Assembly: GCA_025594325.1 (NCBI GenBank)
Contig: JANHCV010000008.1
Location: forward strand, 1,302,001-1,366,000
Origin: Blastocladiella emersonii ATCC 22665
Taxonomy: Eukaryota; Fungi; Blastocladiomycota
Direction: 5' to 3'
Length of the DNA: 64,000 bases
The notes beneath the pieces are model-generated. The model did no database searches and was not told the origin of the DNA. It saw only the letters and a list, made by a program, of their open reading frames with translations. Made by a program: the position numbers and the translations under genes. This document shows positions 32,091 through 44,029 of the stretch, piece by piece. Position 1 is the stretch's first letter. Each line of letters begins with the position of its first letter.

Positions 32091-33500
32091 ATGTCAACGC
32101 GCTTCAGATTCGAGACCGTGGTCGAGTGCCCCGGCGCGACCTTGTTCGCTGCCCTAGACTTGCGAGCGCAGTTAGTCAGAATGACGCTCTATATCCGAAG
32201 TTGCCCACTCGAAGCTGAACTGCAGGAGTGCTTGCAGGCTCGCGTACACGCGACAATTGATGCCTTACGTGAGATCGAGGAAGCGAGTCCACAATTCGAA
32301 GCACCTCACTTTGGCCCTTCGCACAACTCCCGGCGCCCGGATTCAGCATCACCCAGAAATCTTGTGTCACCACGCTACTTGCCCGAATCTCCCATCTCAA
32401 CTTGCAGCCATCCAGTGGCTCAGGAGCCCGATCTCGCCGATCTCATAGCTCGTGATGCTCCGTACTTTTGCTGCGCCCCACGCGACGCGCCCTGGTCCAT
32501 GGATGAACGGGTGCCCGATATCTTTCTCAGACGTCTCAAATCTGTCGCTCCTCACGCAAGTCTGGCAACTCTGCTCCTTGCCGCGCGTTCCCGAGTCCCA
32601 CGCGATCTCTTCATAGTGTACAGCGCGCTGCTTCGCGAGCGTGCGTCGGAAGAGGAAGCCGAGCATGCGTTCACCCGGGCTGCGAATCGCAAGTGGAATT
32701 CGGCCTGGGTGCACGAGTGGCTCGCTCTCGTCCCGCCATCAAGCGGAACGCCGGATGATTTTCTCGCGGACTTTCGTTCACAGCTCGGAAAGGTTGTCAC
32801 GCTCACGCCTGAGATTGAGCGCGAGCAGCACATCAAGCAAATCTTTGCCCAAAAGGTCGAGTCGAAGTTTGAACGGGTCTCCGATTCCGCGCATCGCATC
32901 GTTTGCGATCCAAGCGGCTCGCTCGACGACATGGCTCTCGAGTACAAGCGGCTTCAGTGCTTTAACGGCGCGGATCGTGGGCGATCGCGCCTTTCACCAG
33001 GCTCGCGACAGCGTTTGCGGTCACGTTCTCGCTCTTGTTCTTGTTCTCGTTCACGGTCACGGTCATGGTCACGCTTGAGCGATCGATCTTCCTCGCGCGT
33101 TCATCCCACCGAGTCGCGCCGCCCGGACGATTTCTGCTTGCTGTGCACAGACCACCCGTTCCTGTTCGCCAAGGCGAACCTGCGCCGCGAGCACTGCACC
33201 AGTGACTGTCCACTTCTGGACCAGCCACGCGTGCTCGCGCAGCACTTTATATTTGCTGCGCAGCAGTTTGGCGCCGGTAACCCTGTCGCGCCTGCCAAAG
33301 TCACATCACTGATTCGTGCAACGAATGAGTGGAAACTCAAGCTCTTTCGCGCAAAGCTTCCCAGCAAAGCACCGTCCAATGTTGCGATGCGGCTCAAGTG
33401 GACTCGAACGATGCTCAGGGTCTTGACTGGGCTGGATCACCTGCAGCAGGAGAGCGTGGTTCAAAGGATGTGGAGCGCAGTCGGAAATGAAGTCAAGTAG
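32091..33500 (+). CDS. Gag-like protein, subfamily A (intact, 469 aa)
   Basis: ATLFAALDLRAQLVR; WNSAWVHEWLALVP..FLADFRSQL..EREQHIKQIF; RSRSRSCSCSRSRSRS; CLLC-x15-H-x4-C PLLDQPRVLA. Confidence 0.8.
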   Translation: MSTRFRFETVVECPGATLFAALDLRAQLVRMTLYIRSCPLEAELQECLQARVHATIDALREIEEASPQFEAPHFGPSHNSRRPDSASPRNLVSPRYLPESPISTCSHPVAQEPDLADLIARDAPYFCCAPRDAPWSMDERVPDIFLRRLKSVAPHASLATLLLAARSRVPRDLFIVYSALLRERASEEEAEHAFTRAANRKWNSAWVHEWLALVPPSSGTPDDFLADFRSQLGKVVTLTPEIEREQHIKQIFAQKVESKFERVSDSAHRIVCDPSGSLDDMALEYKRLQCFNGADRGRSRLSPGSRQRLRSRSRSCSCSRSRSRSWSRLSDRSSSRVHPTESRRPDDFCLLCTDHPFLFAKANLRREHCTSDCPLLDQPRVLAQHFIFAAQQFGAGNPVAPAKVTSLIRATNEWKLKLFRAKLPSKAPSNVAMRLKWTRTMLRVLTGLDHLQQESVVQRMWSAVGNEVK

Positions 33501-34609
33501 CGGCAACCCTGACGCGGTCGTTCGCGTCTCGGCAAACAGCGGAACAAAATGTTTTGTTTATTGACTGCACATCGAGAGTGAAGCATCTCCGCGGTGACGG
33601 GAGTTGCTGAGAGAATTGGGAGCGGGCTGCATCTGTACAAGCTCGCCGACCAGGGTGAAAAAGGACGCTGACGCCTTGGGCCACGAACTTTGGAGCTGTT
33701 CATAAGCCTCACGGCTCAATCCAAGGTCACTCCAATACTTGCCAAGTTTATCGAGATACATGGGCCGAATGTGCGGAGCCTTTTCGACCTCGTGCCGTGG
33801 AGTGACCGGCGCGACTGCGTCCAAGAACCGATCCGCAAACCGATCCGCGGCTTCGCTTTTCCGCCGCTGAAGGGCACACCAGTCGTCGAGCCACGGTGGT
33901 CGCCGATAGAGATCAAAAGCGTCAAGGAACGCACGGCGCGCTTGCGCGTTGCTCATGTCCCACCGCAAGAAGATCGCGTAGCAGATGAACACGGGCGTCT
34001 TGAACGCATTCCGGCCGAGCAGAAGCGCACGGGCAAGGTTTCCCGGAAGGCAATTGGTGATGATGCAGTCCACAAGCTTGCGCAGAGTGTACCAAAGGGA
34101 GCGCGAAACAAGTTCGGCGGTATCACACGGATTGAACTGGGGCTTGGGCCGGCAAACGTTGACGCGCCGCTAACCTAAAGCTCCATGGAAGTAAGTGAAG
34201 CAGACAAGCCGGCGGGCATAGTCGAGTGAGTTGAACAAGCAAGCTAGTCCAGCCGAACCCCTGGTTTTGACGAGTTGCGCGCTTTGCAGCGGGGCGAGCG
34301 AGTACCAGTGCGAGTGCGAGAACGAGAGCGAGTGGATGACCTACGGCCCCGCTGCATGTCCATAGAAGTCGACGTAGACAGGTTCCGAAACCGCGAGCGA
34401 GTTGGGCTCCGTGATCGTTGCCGATCTTCGTTTGGCTCCTGGCTGAGGAGCGCCGTGTGCATATCATCTTCATTGTCTGGTTCAAGGCGCTGCTTCAAAG
34501 CGGCGCGGATGGAGCACAGCCGTTGATTCATAGAGTTCAGCAAGAGGAGCCTTGCGTCTGGCTGCTGCTCCCGGACGAAGCGGGCAGGGTGCATGGTGGA
34601 GTTCATCAA
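33493..34609 (-). pseudogene. Gag-like subfamily C pseudogene
   Basis: 34244-34609 gives N-helix and RS tract; stop/frameshift; 33558-34073 gives FLDAFDLYRRPPWLDDWCALQRRKSEAADRFADRF; knuckle eroded. Confidence 0.8.
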
Positions 34610-34798
34610 GCTCGTTGCATGAGGTTCTGCATGGTTGTCCGATGATGGGGTCCGTTCCGGGAGAGGGAGAGCTCATGACCTGGACCGTGGGGCAGGGGCT
34701 CCGTGATCGCGTGACTTGAAATGCATGCGCAAGTCCGCGGCACCGCGCGCATTCGGCTCCCGCTCCCTCAACGACCGTCTTGCCATGTATTGCACATC

Positions 34799-36631
34799 AT
34801 GAACGAACCTGTCACGCTATTTAACTTGCCGCAAGTGGTCCAGAGCGTCATTTCCAAGCACCTGGACGTGACCGATGGGCTCGCCCTTCGCGCGACCTGC
34901 CGCGCTGCACTCGCCGAGTTGGCGCTGTGGACGGCCCGTCCGTGGCTTCCCGCCGTCTTTCCGCTTGCACGTGGCCAACTGGACGACTTTCACTGGCTTG
35001 CACCGATCTACTGCCAAGGCTGTGGCGTCCAGTGGATGCACCGGGTGCATCAGCGCGACGCGACGAACGTCTACCTCATCTTCGCACGCATGTTGATCTG
35101 GCTGGACGCGGGCGCCGGCGACCTTCGCTGGAGCGCCCTTCGCACCTGGGCCGACGGGGCTTGTGCCATTGACATGAGCCAGATCGAGGGACTACTACTC
35201 GTGGCGTGTCGAGCACGCGCGCCGGCCGCTCTCTGTTATCTACTCGAGTGGTTCGGATTTACCGGTCCGGTCCGTGACTGCGGCCCTCACGTATTCGGCG
35301 TGCCGCCCACGCTCGCTCGGATGCTCCTAGCCCGGTCCGCCGAACTTGATGTGTTTGACGATCCTCAAGGCACGACCGAGCAGGTCCAATTGCTGCCTCT
35401 CAACAAAGCCACGGTCCTGTATCGAAGCCCCTTCTTTGGCTACGCCGTGCGCGGCGCCTTGCGCCAGGACCGCGCGTTTTGCTTCAATTTTATTCTGCAC
35501 CTATCGAGTGTGGGCGGTGTTATTGGCCACACGCCTGGCATGATCCTGGGCAAGATGCTTTATATGTTCCGCCTCGAGGCCTTTGGTATGCCCGGCGCCG
35601 CGCCCCTGTGCGTCGCCATGGACCTTATGCTTCCCGCTCGCTGGCACGAAAGCGGGCCCAAGGAACTGGAGCAGTCGCAATGCAACCTCGTACACGGCAT
35701 CGAGCCAGTCCGCAATCGCATCGAAGCGCTTTTCCCGCACGACGACTAGGAGCAGACCGCCCTTATGCGTAGGCAGCTCGATGACTTGTACCGTTTGATC
35801 AACTCAGGGTCGGTCCAGTGTTCCTCGATGCAGTTCTCGCTTATGAGCGTTCCCAGACACCACCCAGTCACGTCGCTCGAAATCTTGGACGCTTACGTGC
35901 GCGATCTCCGCTGGATCGATCTCGCCGATTAGCGTGATTGTGTCAATGTACTTTGCGGTCGGCAACCTGTGGGATCCCGACTTGATGGTTGCGGTGATGC
36001 AGCGGCTTCCCTTCTGCATGTTTCTCTTAAACTTATCAGCGGCCGACCTCTCCCTACCTTGGATCTGGCGCACGGCCCCGTGCCCGCTCTCGGAATGGAA
36101 CGAGTACCACTGTGCTCAAATGCGGGAGTCGCGCATCTGGGTCCTCAGCGATCAACGTCAGGCTGATCGCATTCAAAGTGTAAGTGGTGGTCAATCCTTC
36201 AAACGGCCTCTGTCAACCAGATCCAGCGCCTGATTGACGTTGTGACACCTGCTTCGGATCTCGACATGGGCGGCGGCGAGCCGCGCGAAGCGCACAAGTA
36301 CGGCGTGAACGGCCACGGACTGACCATGGAGCTCGTCTTCGAGTCGATTGCTTCGGGCGACGCGTCGCGGATCGCCGGATTTGCGCAGACGGTGACGACG
36401 CTGCGTGGCAAGCCGTGGTTCATGTCCCTTTACCTCGCCAAGCGCATCGTGCGCGAGTCGCACGCTGAAGGGCGTGTTGCACTGCTTTGCGCCATGTGGG
36501 ACGGCTCGGTTCTCGCCGATCCTGCAGTTCGCCGCGAACTCGTTCGCATCGCGCGTGAATGCGAGTCGCCTGCGCTCAACGCATGGGCCAACGAGGCGGA
36601 AGAGACAGTTGCTAGTTCGGCCCAGCAATGA
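34799..36631 (+). pseudogene. F-box-like paralog of 25234, disrupted
   Basis: Colinear with 25234-27060. GAG to TAG at 35747 (PHDD*EQT vs PHDDEENT); frameshifts near 35930 and 36190. Confidence 0.85.
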
Positions 36632-36688
36632 TCCCACGCATGATTTTATTCCGTAATACAGCAAAATGTCCCCAACCCAGCCCATCAC

Positions 36689-38137
36689 TCACTTGCAGCA
36701 CACGCCGCGCATCCCCGCAATCATGTTCCACACGCAACGCACCACGGACGGCGTGAGGTGCTCGGTTGCGTGCAAGTACTTTGCCGCGATTTGGGCGTGG
36801 CCGCTGTCCATGGCCTCGAAATGGGCGCGATACCCGCGCAGGAGGTCGCGGAGCGTGGCGTCAGTCAGGCCCGCACTGACCGGTGGCGACATACGCTCAG
36901 CGCGGAGAGCTTGATCGATCGCCGTCGCGTACGCGCGGAGGTCGCGCCGATACAGGCACTGGGGGAGCCAGTGGTCGGACTCGCGGACGGGGCCTGAACA
37001 GAAAATGAGGCAGAGTGGACAAGTGCATGGTTGCGGATCAATGGGCTGATGGTCGCGAGGGAGGGCCAGGGTGGGTTTCTTGGGAGACGGTGCGGAAATA
37101 GGGAAGGGAGGCTTGGTCGATGCGCGCTCGGCCATGTCAACAAGCGCCGCGAACGAAATGGGCGTGGCCCACGCGTTGCGAAGTGATTGGCGCGCCTTGT
37201 TCCCAATTCCGATATCGTTGCAGGGGTACACGAGCTTGTCGAGGTACATTGCCTTGATGTGCGACAAGGCAGGTAGATCAACGTCATCGCTCGGCACCTG
37301 GTCCGCGATTGCAGCCAGAAAGCGCTCAGCAAACAGCGCCGCCGATTCGCCGGTACGTCGGCGAAGCTCGCACCAGTTTGAGAGCCACGGTTTCCGCCGA
37401 GCAGGGTCAAACGCGTCAAGAAAAACGCAGCGCGCTTCGGCGTCGCTCATGTCTGCGCGAAGGAAGATGGCGTAGCAGTGGTAGATGGGCATGTGCATGG
37501 TGATTCGAGCGAGCAACAGACCGCGAGCGAGGTGGTCCGCGGGGCACTGCGATGCGAGGTTGTCGAGAAAGTGAACCAGCGCAGCATGATTTGAGCGCAG
37601 ATCCGATGCAGAGCCCTGGGGATTGAAATTGGGCACGGCGGAGATGCAGGAAAAGACAAGGCTGCGAAGATCCGTATTCGAGAGGCGGCCGCCGGGTGGC
37701 GGGTGAGCGGGGAGCACAGGTTGCCGCCGATGCACTGCTGCTTTCCGCTTGGTGAGTTGTTTGGGAGGGGCAACGTGCTCGTCGCGCTGCACCGGATGCG
37801 CGTGCAGCGATGGCTGTGGCGAGCACGACCGCGATCTTGAACGGGAAGGTGGAGCAGTCGGCAGGCCGTCGTTATGATAAATCGCAGGACAAGGCGAATA
37901 ACGAGAATGGTCACGATAATCGTTGCCGAATGTGGATGCCAGCGAGTCGCTGCTCGCGGCTGTGAAGTGCGCGTCACATGCATGCTGGACTTGATGGGCG
38001 CAAGCATCCGCCGTGTCAAGGAGGTAAGCCCGGTGGGACAAGTGCATGTGGACGTGTTGCAGTCGCAAGCTCAAAGATTGAAGCAAGAAGGGATGTTCGC
38101 CCGTTGAATCCTCCGCGGGGCTCGAAGGTGCATGCAT
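36689..38137 (-). CDS. Gag-like protein, subfamily C (intact, 482 aa)
   Basis: LLQSLSLRLQHVH; FLDAFDPARRKPWLSNWCELRRRTGESAALFAERF; CPLC-x12-H-x4-C; RRDLRAYA. Confidence 0.8.
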   Translation of the reverse strand: MHAPSSPAEDSTGEHPFLLQSLSLRLQHVHMHLSHRAYLLDTADACAHQVQHACDAHFTAASSDSLASTFGNDYRDHSRYSPCPAIYHNDGLPTAPPSRSRSRSCSPQPSLHAHPVQRDEHVAPPKQLTKRKAAVHRRQPVLPAHPPPGGRLSNTDLRSLVFSCISAVPNFNPQGSASDLRSNHAALVHFLDNLASQCPADHLARGLLLARITMHMPIYHCYAIFLRADMSDAEARCVFLDAFDPARRKPWLSNWCELRRRTGESAALFAERFLAAIADQVPSDDVDLPALSHIKAMYLDKLVYPCNDIGIGNKARQSLRNAWATPISFAALVDMAERASTKPPFPISAPSPKKPTLALPRDHQPIDPQPCTCPLCLIFCSGPVRESDHWLPQCLYRRDLRAYATAIDQALRAERMSPPVSAGLTDATLRDLLRGYRAHFEAMDSGHAQIAAKYLHATEHLTPSVVRCVWNMIAGMRGVCCK

Positions 38138-38549
38138 TAGCGTTCATGGAGAGCGTTGCATGGAGTTTGAGCCAATTTTCTTCAAGGGTGGCTCTTGTTG
38201 AGGGAGAGTGGCATCCTTGTCGAACGCGCGAACGCGCCAAAGTGCGAACGTCGCGCGCAGACTGATCAGCTGTCTCCCACGTGATCGACGCGTCTCGCAA
38301 TTGAAGGCAGGGTTGCGCTGTCCCGCTCGGCTTGTGATCTGAGTCTACGGCGGCAAGAGCAGGTGCTTGAATTAATCTACGAGCAAAGGCCGCAACACAT
38401 TCAAGCTTAGTGGAAATACGATAGCGCTGGCAAGGGCGACAGCCTGAAGTTCGAGCGGAAGGCGTGTAACATTGCTGCCGACTAAAGAAGCGCTCACACA
38501 CTTTCCCTCGGCACGAGAAATAGGTTCCTCATTCAAGGAATCCATCTGT

Positions 38550-39230
38550 ACGTCGTGGAGAGGGCTCCAATTGACACTGTCAGATTTCAACAAGTCCCAC
38601 ACAGAATTTGTCGTATCGACCTCACCTGCACAAGCACAGAAGACGGTCCCGCTCCTATTGTGTGCGAGCGGAATGAGGATCCGCCGGGCCGCAGTGTCAG
38701 CAAATACGGGATCATTGCGCATGCCGTGCAGCAACGCATCGTGTTCGTCAGCGCCGTAGCTCCGCCAAATCCGCTTGGCCAATTCACACGACATGACCCG
38801 CAGACGGCTGCACAGCGTGGTTGGGCCAAATTGCGGCCTGGCGGTAAAGAACGGTCCATTGGACGTTATTCTTGGTTGCACTTGATGGATCGGCGCGCGA
38901 GCGAAGCTCAGGAAGCTGTTCGAGAGCTGGTGACGGTGGTAATGCGTGCCGCAGGCCGTGCTTCAGAGTATTAAGCGAGAATCCCCACAGTTGCTCCGCA
39001 ATCGAGTGCGAGGTGCGCCAAGCGACGAACATACATTCCAGCCCTGTGAGCAGCACCATGGAGCACAGCTTGCAGAAGGTCACGCGCGCCCGAGCGTGTT
39101 CGATCATCGGACTCAAGTATAGCAAGTAAGTTTGTTGCGTTCATGGACGGCAGGTCGGGGGTCGGGCAGCTGCACGATGTCGAGTGGGACTCGTTGCGTC
39201 CGCACTCGGAGCGTCCAAACTCAACTTCAC
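38550..39230 (-). pseudogene. Possible distant remnant of the 25234-family C-terminus
   Basis: VMSCELAKRIWRSY...MRNDPVFADTAARRILIPLA resembles VMSIDLAKRIVCES...MWGGPVLADPMVRSELVRIA. Confidence 0.35.
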
Positions 39231-39430
39231 CAACAGTGCTGCCGAAGCCAAAGAGAAAATGAGCCATGGTCCTCGATTTCAATACATGGGGTTCCATTCA
39301 GTCCGGTGCGTGGTGGTGGGTCAAGGGAGAGAGCGCAAGCAAGTCGACGAAGCGGCGAACAGAAACGACGCGTCGCGGCTCGTCCGGTTCGCGCTCCCAC
39401 GCCGCCCCGTCCTGCCATGCAATACACACC

Positions 39431-40559
39431 ATGAACGACATTGTCCCGCTATTAAACTTGCCGCAAGAGCTCCAGCATGCCATTGCCCAGTGCCTGGACG
39501 TCCCATCCGCGCTTGCGCTTCGCGCGGCCTGCCGCGCCGCCCTCGCCGAGCCGTCGCTGTGGGCCGTTCGTCCCTGGTTGCAGGCGGTCTTTCCGCTTGT
39601 CGGCAATCGATTCGAGGATTTTTGCCGGCCTCGCACTACCTCCTTGCTGCTATAGCGGCGACGCGGAACTGCACGAGCAGCACCTGGGTGACCACCACTC
39701 GGCCAACTTCTTTGCCCTAGCCCGAGCGCTTGTGCGCCTGAACGCGGGCGTGAACGAAGTTCGATGGACTCAGCTCAGCGAATGGTCGGCGACCGTATCG
39801 AACAACCCCTGGCCAATTACGCACGCGCAGCTCGAGGAACTCTTGGTTTTTGCTTGTCAGGCTCGCGTTCCGTCGGCCTTTTGCCAGCTTCTTTTAAAAT
39901 GGACGGATACGGATGAGGAGGGATATATTCAGCTCCCACCCAAGTCCAGCCTCTCCGCGTTAATCGACTCGAAATCCGCCGAGCTTGACGTCTTTGCCGA
40001 CCCACGCCAGCCACCGATTGAAACACAGAACCTGCTCCTCAAGTACGGCGCCTTTATGTTCACCGATCTCTTTGTCGACATGGCCGCACGTGGCGTACTG
40101 CGCCAGGGCCGCGCCTTCTGCTTCAAATTCATACTGCATATCACAACCGATGGCCTGCGAGACCAGGATAACGAGGGGCACAGTGGGTTTGATCCCGCGG
40201 TCGTTCTTCAAAATGCACTCAATGCTCTGCGCCGCGAATCGTTTGGGATGCCGGACGCCCCTCGCCCGTGCGTCGCAACGGACTTAATACATCTTGCGAC
40301 CGATCATGAAAGCTATGTGAACCAGGGTAGCGAAGTTGCTGGCGACCTCACAACCAAGATTTCCGTGCTCGGCCGGGTCGGATCGCACTTCAAAATCACG
40401 CACGGCTTGGAATCGGTCCGCAACCGCATCGAGGCGCTCATCCCGCTCCATGACGAACAAGAGACTTGCCGTATGCGCGAGCAGTTGGATTATATGTACC
40501 GCGTGCTCAACTCGGGCTCGGTGCTCTGCCAGCCAACCCGTGGGGTGTCAGGCAACTAA
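39431..40559 (+). pseudogene. F-box-like paralog, frameshifted and 3'-truncated
   Basis: MNDIVPLLNLPQELQHAIAQCLDVPSALALRAACRA; 1-nt frameshift near 39620; then RQGRAFCFKFILH..LESVRNRIEAL; stop at 40559. Confidence 0.8.
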
Positions 40560-40959
40560 CTCCCTGGCGATGGCAGCCTTGTTTCCGATCCATGTCCCTG
40601 CGAGCCCCAGGATCACGAACGACACGCGGTCTGTTCTCTGGGATTACTATCGCGCAGCGCCAAAATCTCGAGGCCGGCAAAGGCAACGCGACCCCCGATG
40701 TGGCCGTACGACGGTCACATGATTGATCGACGCGTCTCGCGCCTCACGCGAGACACCGGCGCGACCCCGTGGCTGGGAGGATAAACCAAAAACTAAGCAA
40801 ATATAACATGAAAAGGCACACTAGGAAGCTTGATTCGCGAGCCGTCCACTCGCACTGCTCGCGTTTGCAACCGTGCCGTTGGGCGACACGCATCACGCGT
40901 TCGGGTCGGACTACGATGGGCGAAATTAGTTCCACGGCGACGCTCGGTTTTTTCACTCT

Positions 40960-43761
40960 TCACAACGGCGGAAAACGTACCCAAAACCCCTGCGCGCCGA
41001 TCCCCTCCATCATCCCAACCACGTACTCGAACGGCACGTCGCGGTCGAAAGACGCGACTTTGGCGACGCACGTGCGGCCCTGCTCGTCGCGCGAGTACAC
41101 GTACAAGGACGACGGGTCGCGGCTGTGGCGCCACACGCGCACGCTGCCGCCCTGGTTCGCGTCGCCGGGCGCAGTGGCGGCGAGGAGACGGTGCGCGAAG
41201 CTCGCCGCGGGCGGCGGGACGGTTGTCGCGGGAGCGGCGGGGTCCGCGGCGGCGACACCCGGATCGGAGAGGGTCAGCTCCGTGTAGTGGCCCATGTCGC
41301 GCTCCTCGAGAGCTGGCGCTGCGGGAAGCACTGGTGCCGGAACAGCTGGTGCAGCGGGGACAGGTGTAGCGGGGGCAGGTGCGGCAGCGACAGGTGCAGC
41401 GGGCGCCTCGAGGATCGGCGCGACGCGCTCGTCAGCGACAGGTGCAGCGGGCGCCTGAACGGCAGGAGCAGCAGGCTCCACATCCCCGGGAATCGGAGCG
41501 ACGCCCTCGTCCCGAGCCGCGGGTTGAGTTCGAAGACATGCTACTCAGCAAGCACGGTTAGCTGCTCGAGCGACACAACTCGGCATCGGAACTGTACCGA
41601 GCGGACGGACCGGCCGCTGATCATGGTCAACAACATGGCGAACCTGAACGGCACCACGTCGCGGACTGGACGAAGGCGGGGCGGCGAGCCGAGCGCGCTG
41701 CGCCGGCCGCTCCTCGTCGTGGCCGCTCGATTCGCGATCGCCTAGAAGAGTTCGTTAGTGAGCGAGTCGGTGCAAGGCGGATGTTAAGAGATGGAGCGAG
41801 TACGCTTTCGCACGGACGACGAGGGCTGCGAATCAGTTTCGCCAAGTGCCAACCGTGCGAGCAACTCGCCACGAAGTGCCGCAGGCTCAGAATTCGCGTC
41901 AATGTGGGCTGGTGGTTCGAGAGCGACAATCCGCGGCGCTGGCTCGGGTTCTGCAACGAGCGGGGCAGCGGGCTCACGCTCGGCAGGACGAGGTCCTGCG
42001 GGCGCGCGAGGAGGAGCTGCAAGCTCGAGATCGACATCCATGGGCGCAACGAGCCCACGTCGCGCGATGCGACCCCGCGGATCGGACCGCACGTCGGTGG
42101 CCGCTGCGGTAGCACGCACGCACGCAGCAAGCTGACGCGTTGCAAGCTCGAGCTCGGCATGATGGAGCGCGGCAGGCGCGGGAACTGCGTCGACGCGGAC
42201 ACGCGGCTGCGGAACGGAGTCAAGAAGAATCGTAGCCTCCGGCTCGGCGAGATAAGGCGCTGCGTGTTCGGGTGCGCGATCACGAGGCGCTACGGGCGCC
42301 GGCAGCTCGGGCGGAGCGTCAACAATGGTTGCAGGTGCAGAAGTAGTGCGATGAAGCTGTGCCGATTCGCCGTTCGCCTGTGCTGAAAGCGCGCGATCGC
42401 GCGTCGAGTCGTTCGAACTCGGAGCCTGTCCCCGAGACGAAGCAGCAGGAAGCTCAGGTGGGTGCATCATGATGGTTGACAGGCTCAGACGGCAAGCGAG
42501 CGAGCGACGAGGTTGCGGGCACCGAAATGCTTGAAGCTGCAGGCCTATTGGGCGTTGAGGCATTAGGTGCAGGCGTAGGCTGCAGTTGAGCGGGTAAAGC
42601 CTCGGCGGGCGCCGAGTTGCGATAACTGGTCATTTTTTTGCGCCTACGGGCAAAAGCTGTAGGCGCAGGCGTCGGTACAGGTGCGCCGCGTTGGTCAGTA
42701 AGCGCCACTGAAGCAGTTTGCGCGCTTGCTTGAGCTTGACGATGAGCTGATCGAGTTCGAATCGGCGACGCCAGCTCGCGACCATCCACGTCGTTTGGGA
42801 CGATAGCAGTTGTAAGATTGCGCCAATTTTTGATCGGAAGCCGAGAACGAGACGCAAGCTTGTTAATGGGCCCGCTGAGTTGCGGCGGAAACACGCCATG
42901 CTGGACGGCAACGCTCGCAAGGTAGGGCAGCACCAGTTGCGCAAATCGAAGGCGCGAATTGTCGCTGCACTGGACATGAGCTGGAAGCACAAAAGCAAGC
43001 GGGTCGTCGCGGTCAGTCGGACGATGTCTGCCGCGTTGCGGCTTGACGAGGGCGAGATACTCGTCGAGACCACACAGAATGCCCGGGAGGTAGTGGAAGA
43101 AAACGTACGCCTCCCGATTCGACAAGGATTGAAGTCCAATCGGAGGGAGCACGTTGAAGGTCCACTCCTGAGAGCCGTATCGCATGCCGCTGAGGCGAAG
43201 GATAGCCGCAGCCACGGAGTCCGTTTCCCTGCCGTCGTCGGAGCCGCCAAAGCGGATCGAGGTGAAGCGCTTGCTGCCCTTGTTATGGTGCACCAGCAAG
43301 GCGGTGAAGGCCCACTCGCCGTTCCGGTGGTGCGGTAGAATGAGAATGCTGTGCGCGGCCGTCAGGTGATTGGTAAGCCAGTCCTGTAAAGTTTCGACAA
43401 TCGAGTCAACCCAGGCTGTAGGGCACAGCTGGCGGTCGATGCAGTCCTCAAAGAGACCCACCGGTGCGAACAAGACTCGCTCACGCAACCCAGCACCCAG
43501 ATTTACCAGGACAGCGTGGAGGACGAGGTGGACGAGGTCGCCCGAGAGCATCATCTTGCGCATCCCCGCCGTGACTGCAGAGCCAAGTGCGCGAAGGTCG
43601 ACGGTGGTGCGCGGGCAGGTCGGGATGTCGAGCTTGGGCTGCATCTCGCCAAAGCAACGCCTGAGCTCATTGAAGGCGGCGCTATGTTGCTCGCGCACGG
43701 ACTTCCTCGGCGCTCCCGCCCTCGCCGCCGCTGCATCGCGTGTCAGGGTTAATTTGGCCAT
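40960..43761 (-). pseudogene. Multi-exon gene: catalytically degenerate Ulp1/C48-like domain + Pro/Ala-rich repeats; one frameshift
   Basis: ATG 43761. LILPHHRNGEWAFTALLV resembles Ulp1 (IPIN...HW) with His to Glu. Apparent +1 shift near 42460 (restores DAPPELPA). CTAAC..TAG acceptor ends near 41742 and 41547. APAAPVA repeats in the last exon. Confidence 0.4.
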
Positions 43762-44029
43762 AAATAGTATGTTGCATAGAGTGATACATGCGTGGTTCAT
43801 CCATAGCGTTCATGTTCGTGGTGAGCGGAGAGACCAAACCGCTTGCTTGTCGCAAAATGGCCCACGTGCCGCCAGCCCAGAATTGAAACTCGCATCACAT
43901 GAGTGATCGACACGTCTCGCAGCCTGCGTGAGACAACCGCGCAACTTCGCAAAGGCGTAAACAACGTAAGAGAATAACGCCAACTTTGAAAGTGAATGAT
44001 GCGCGCGTCCCGCGCGTTGATCAAGCCCA

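Noticed and set aside
41290-41470. GCAGCGACAGGTGCAGCGGGCGCC-type repeats as a mobile or regulatory array
   Set aside because: They encode the APAAPVA linker of the 40960-43761 gene.
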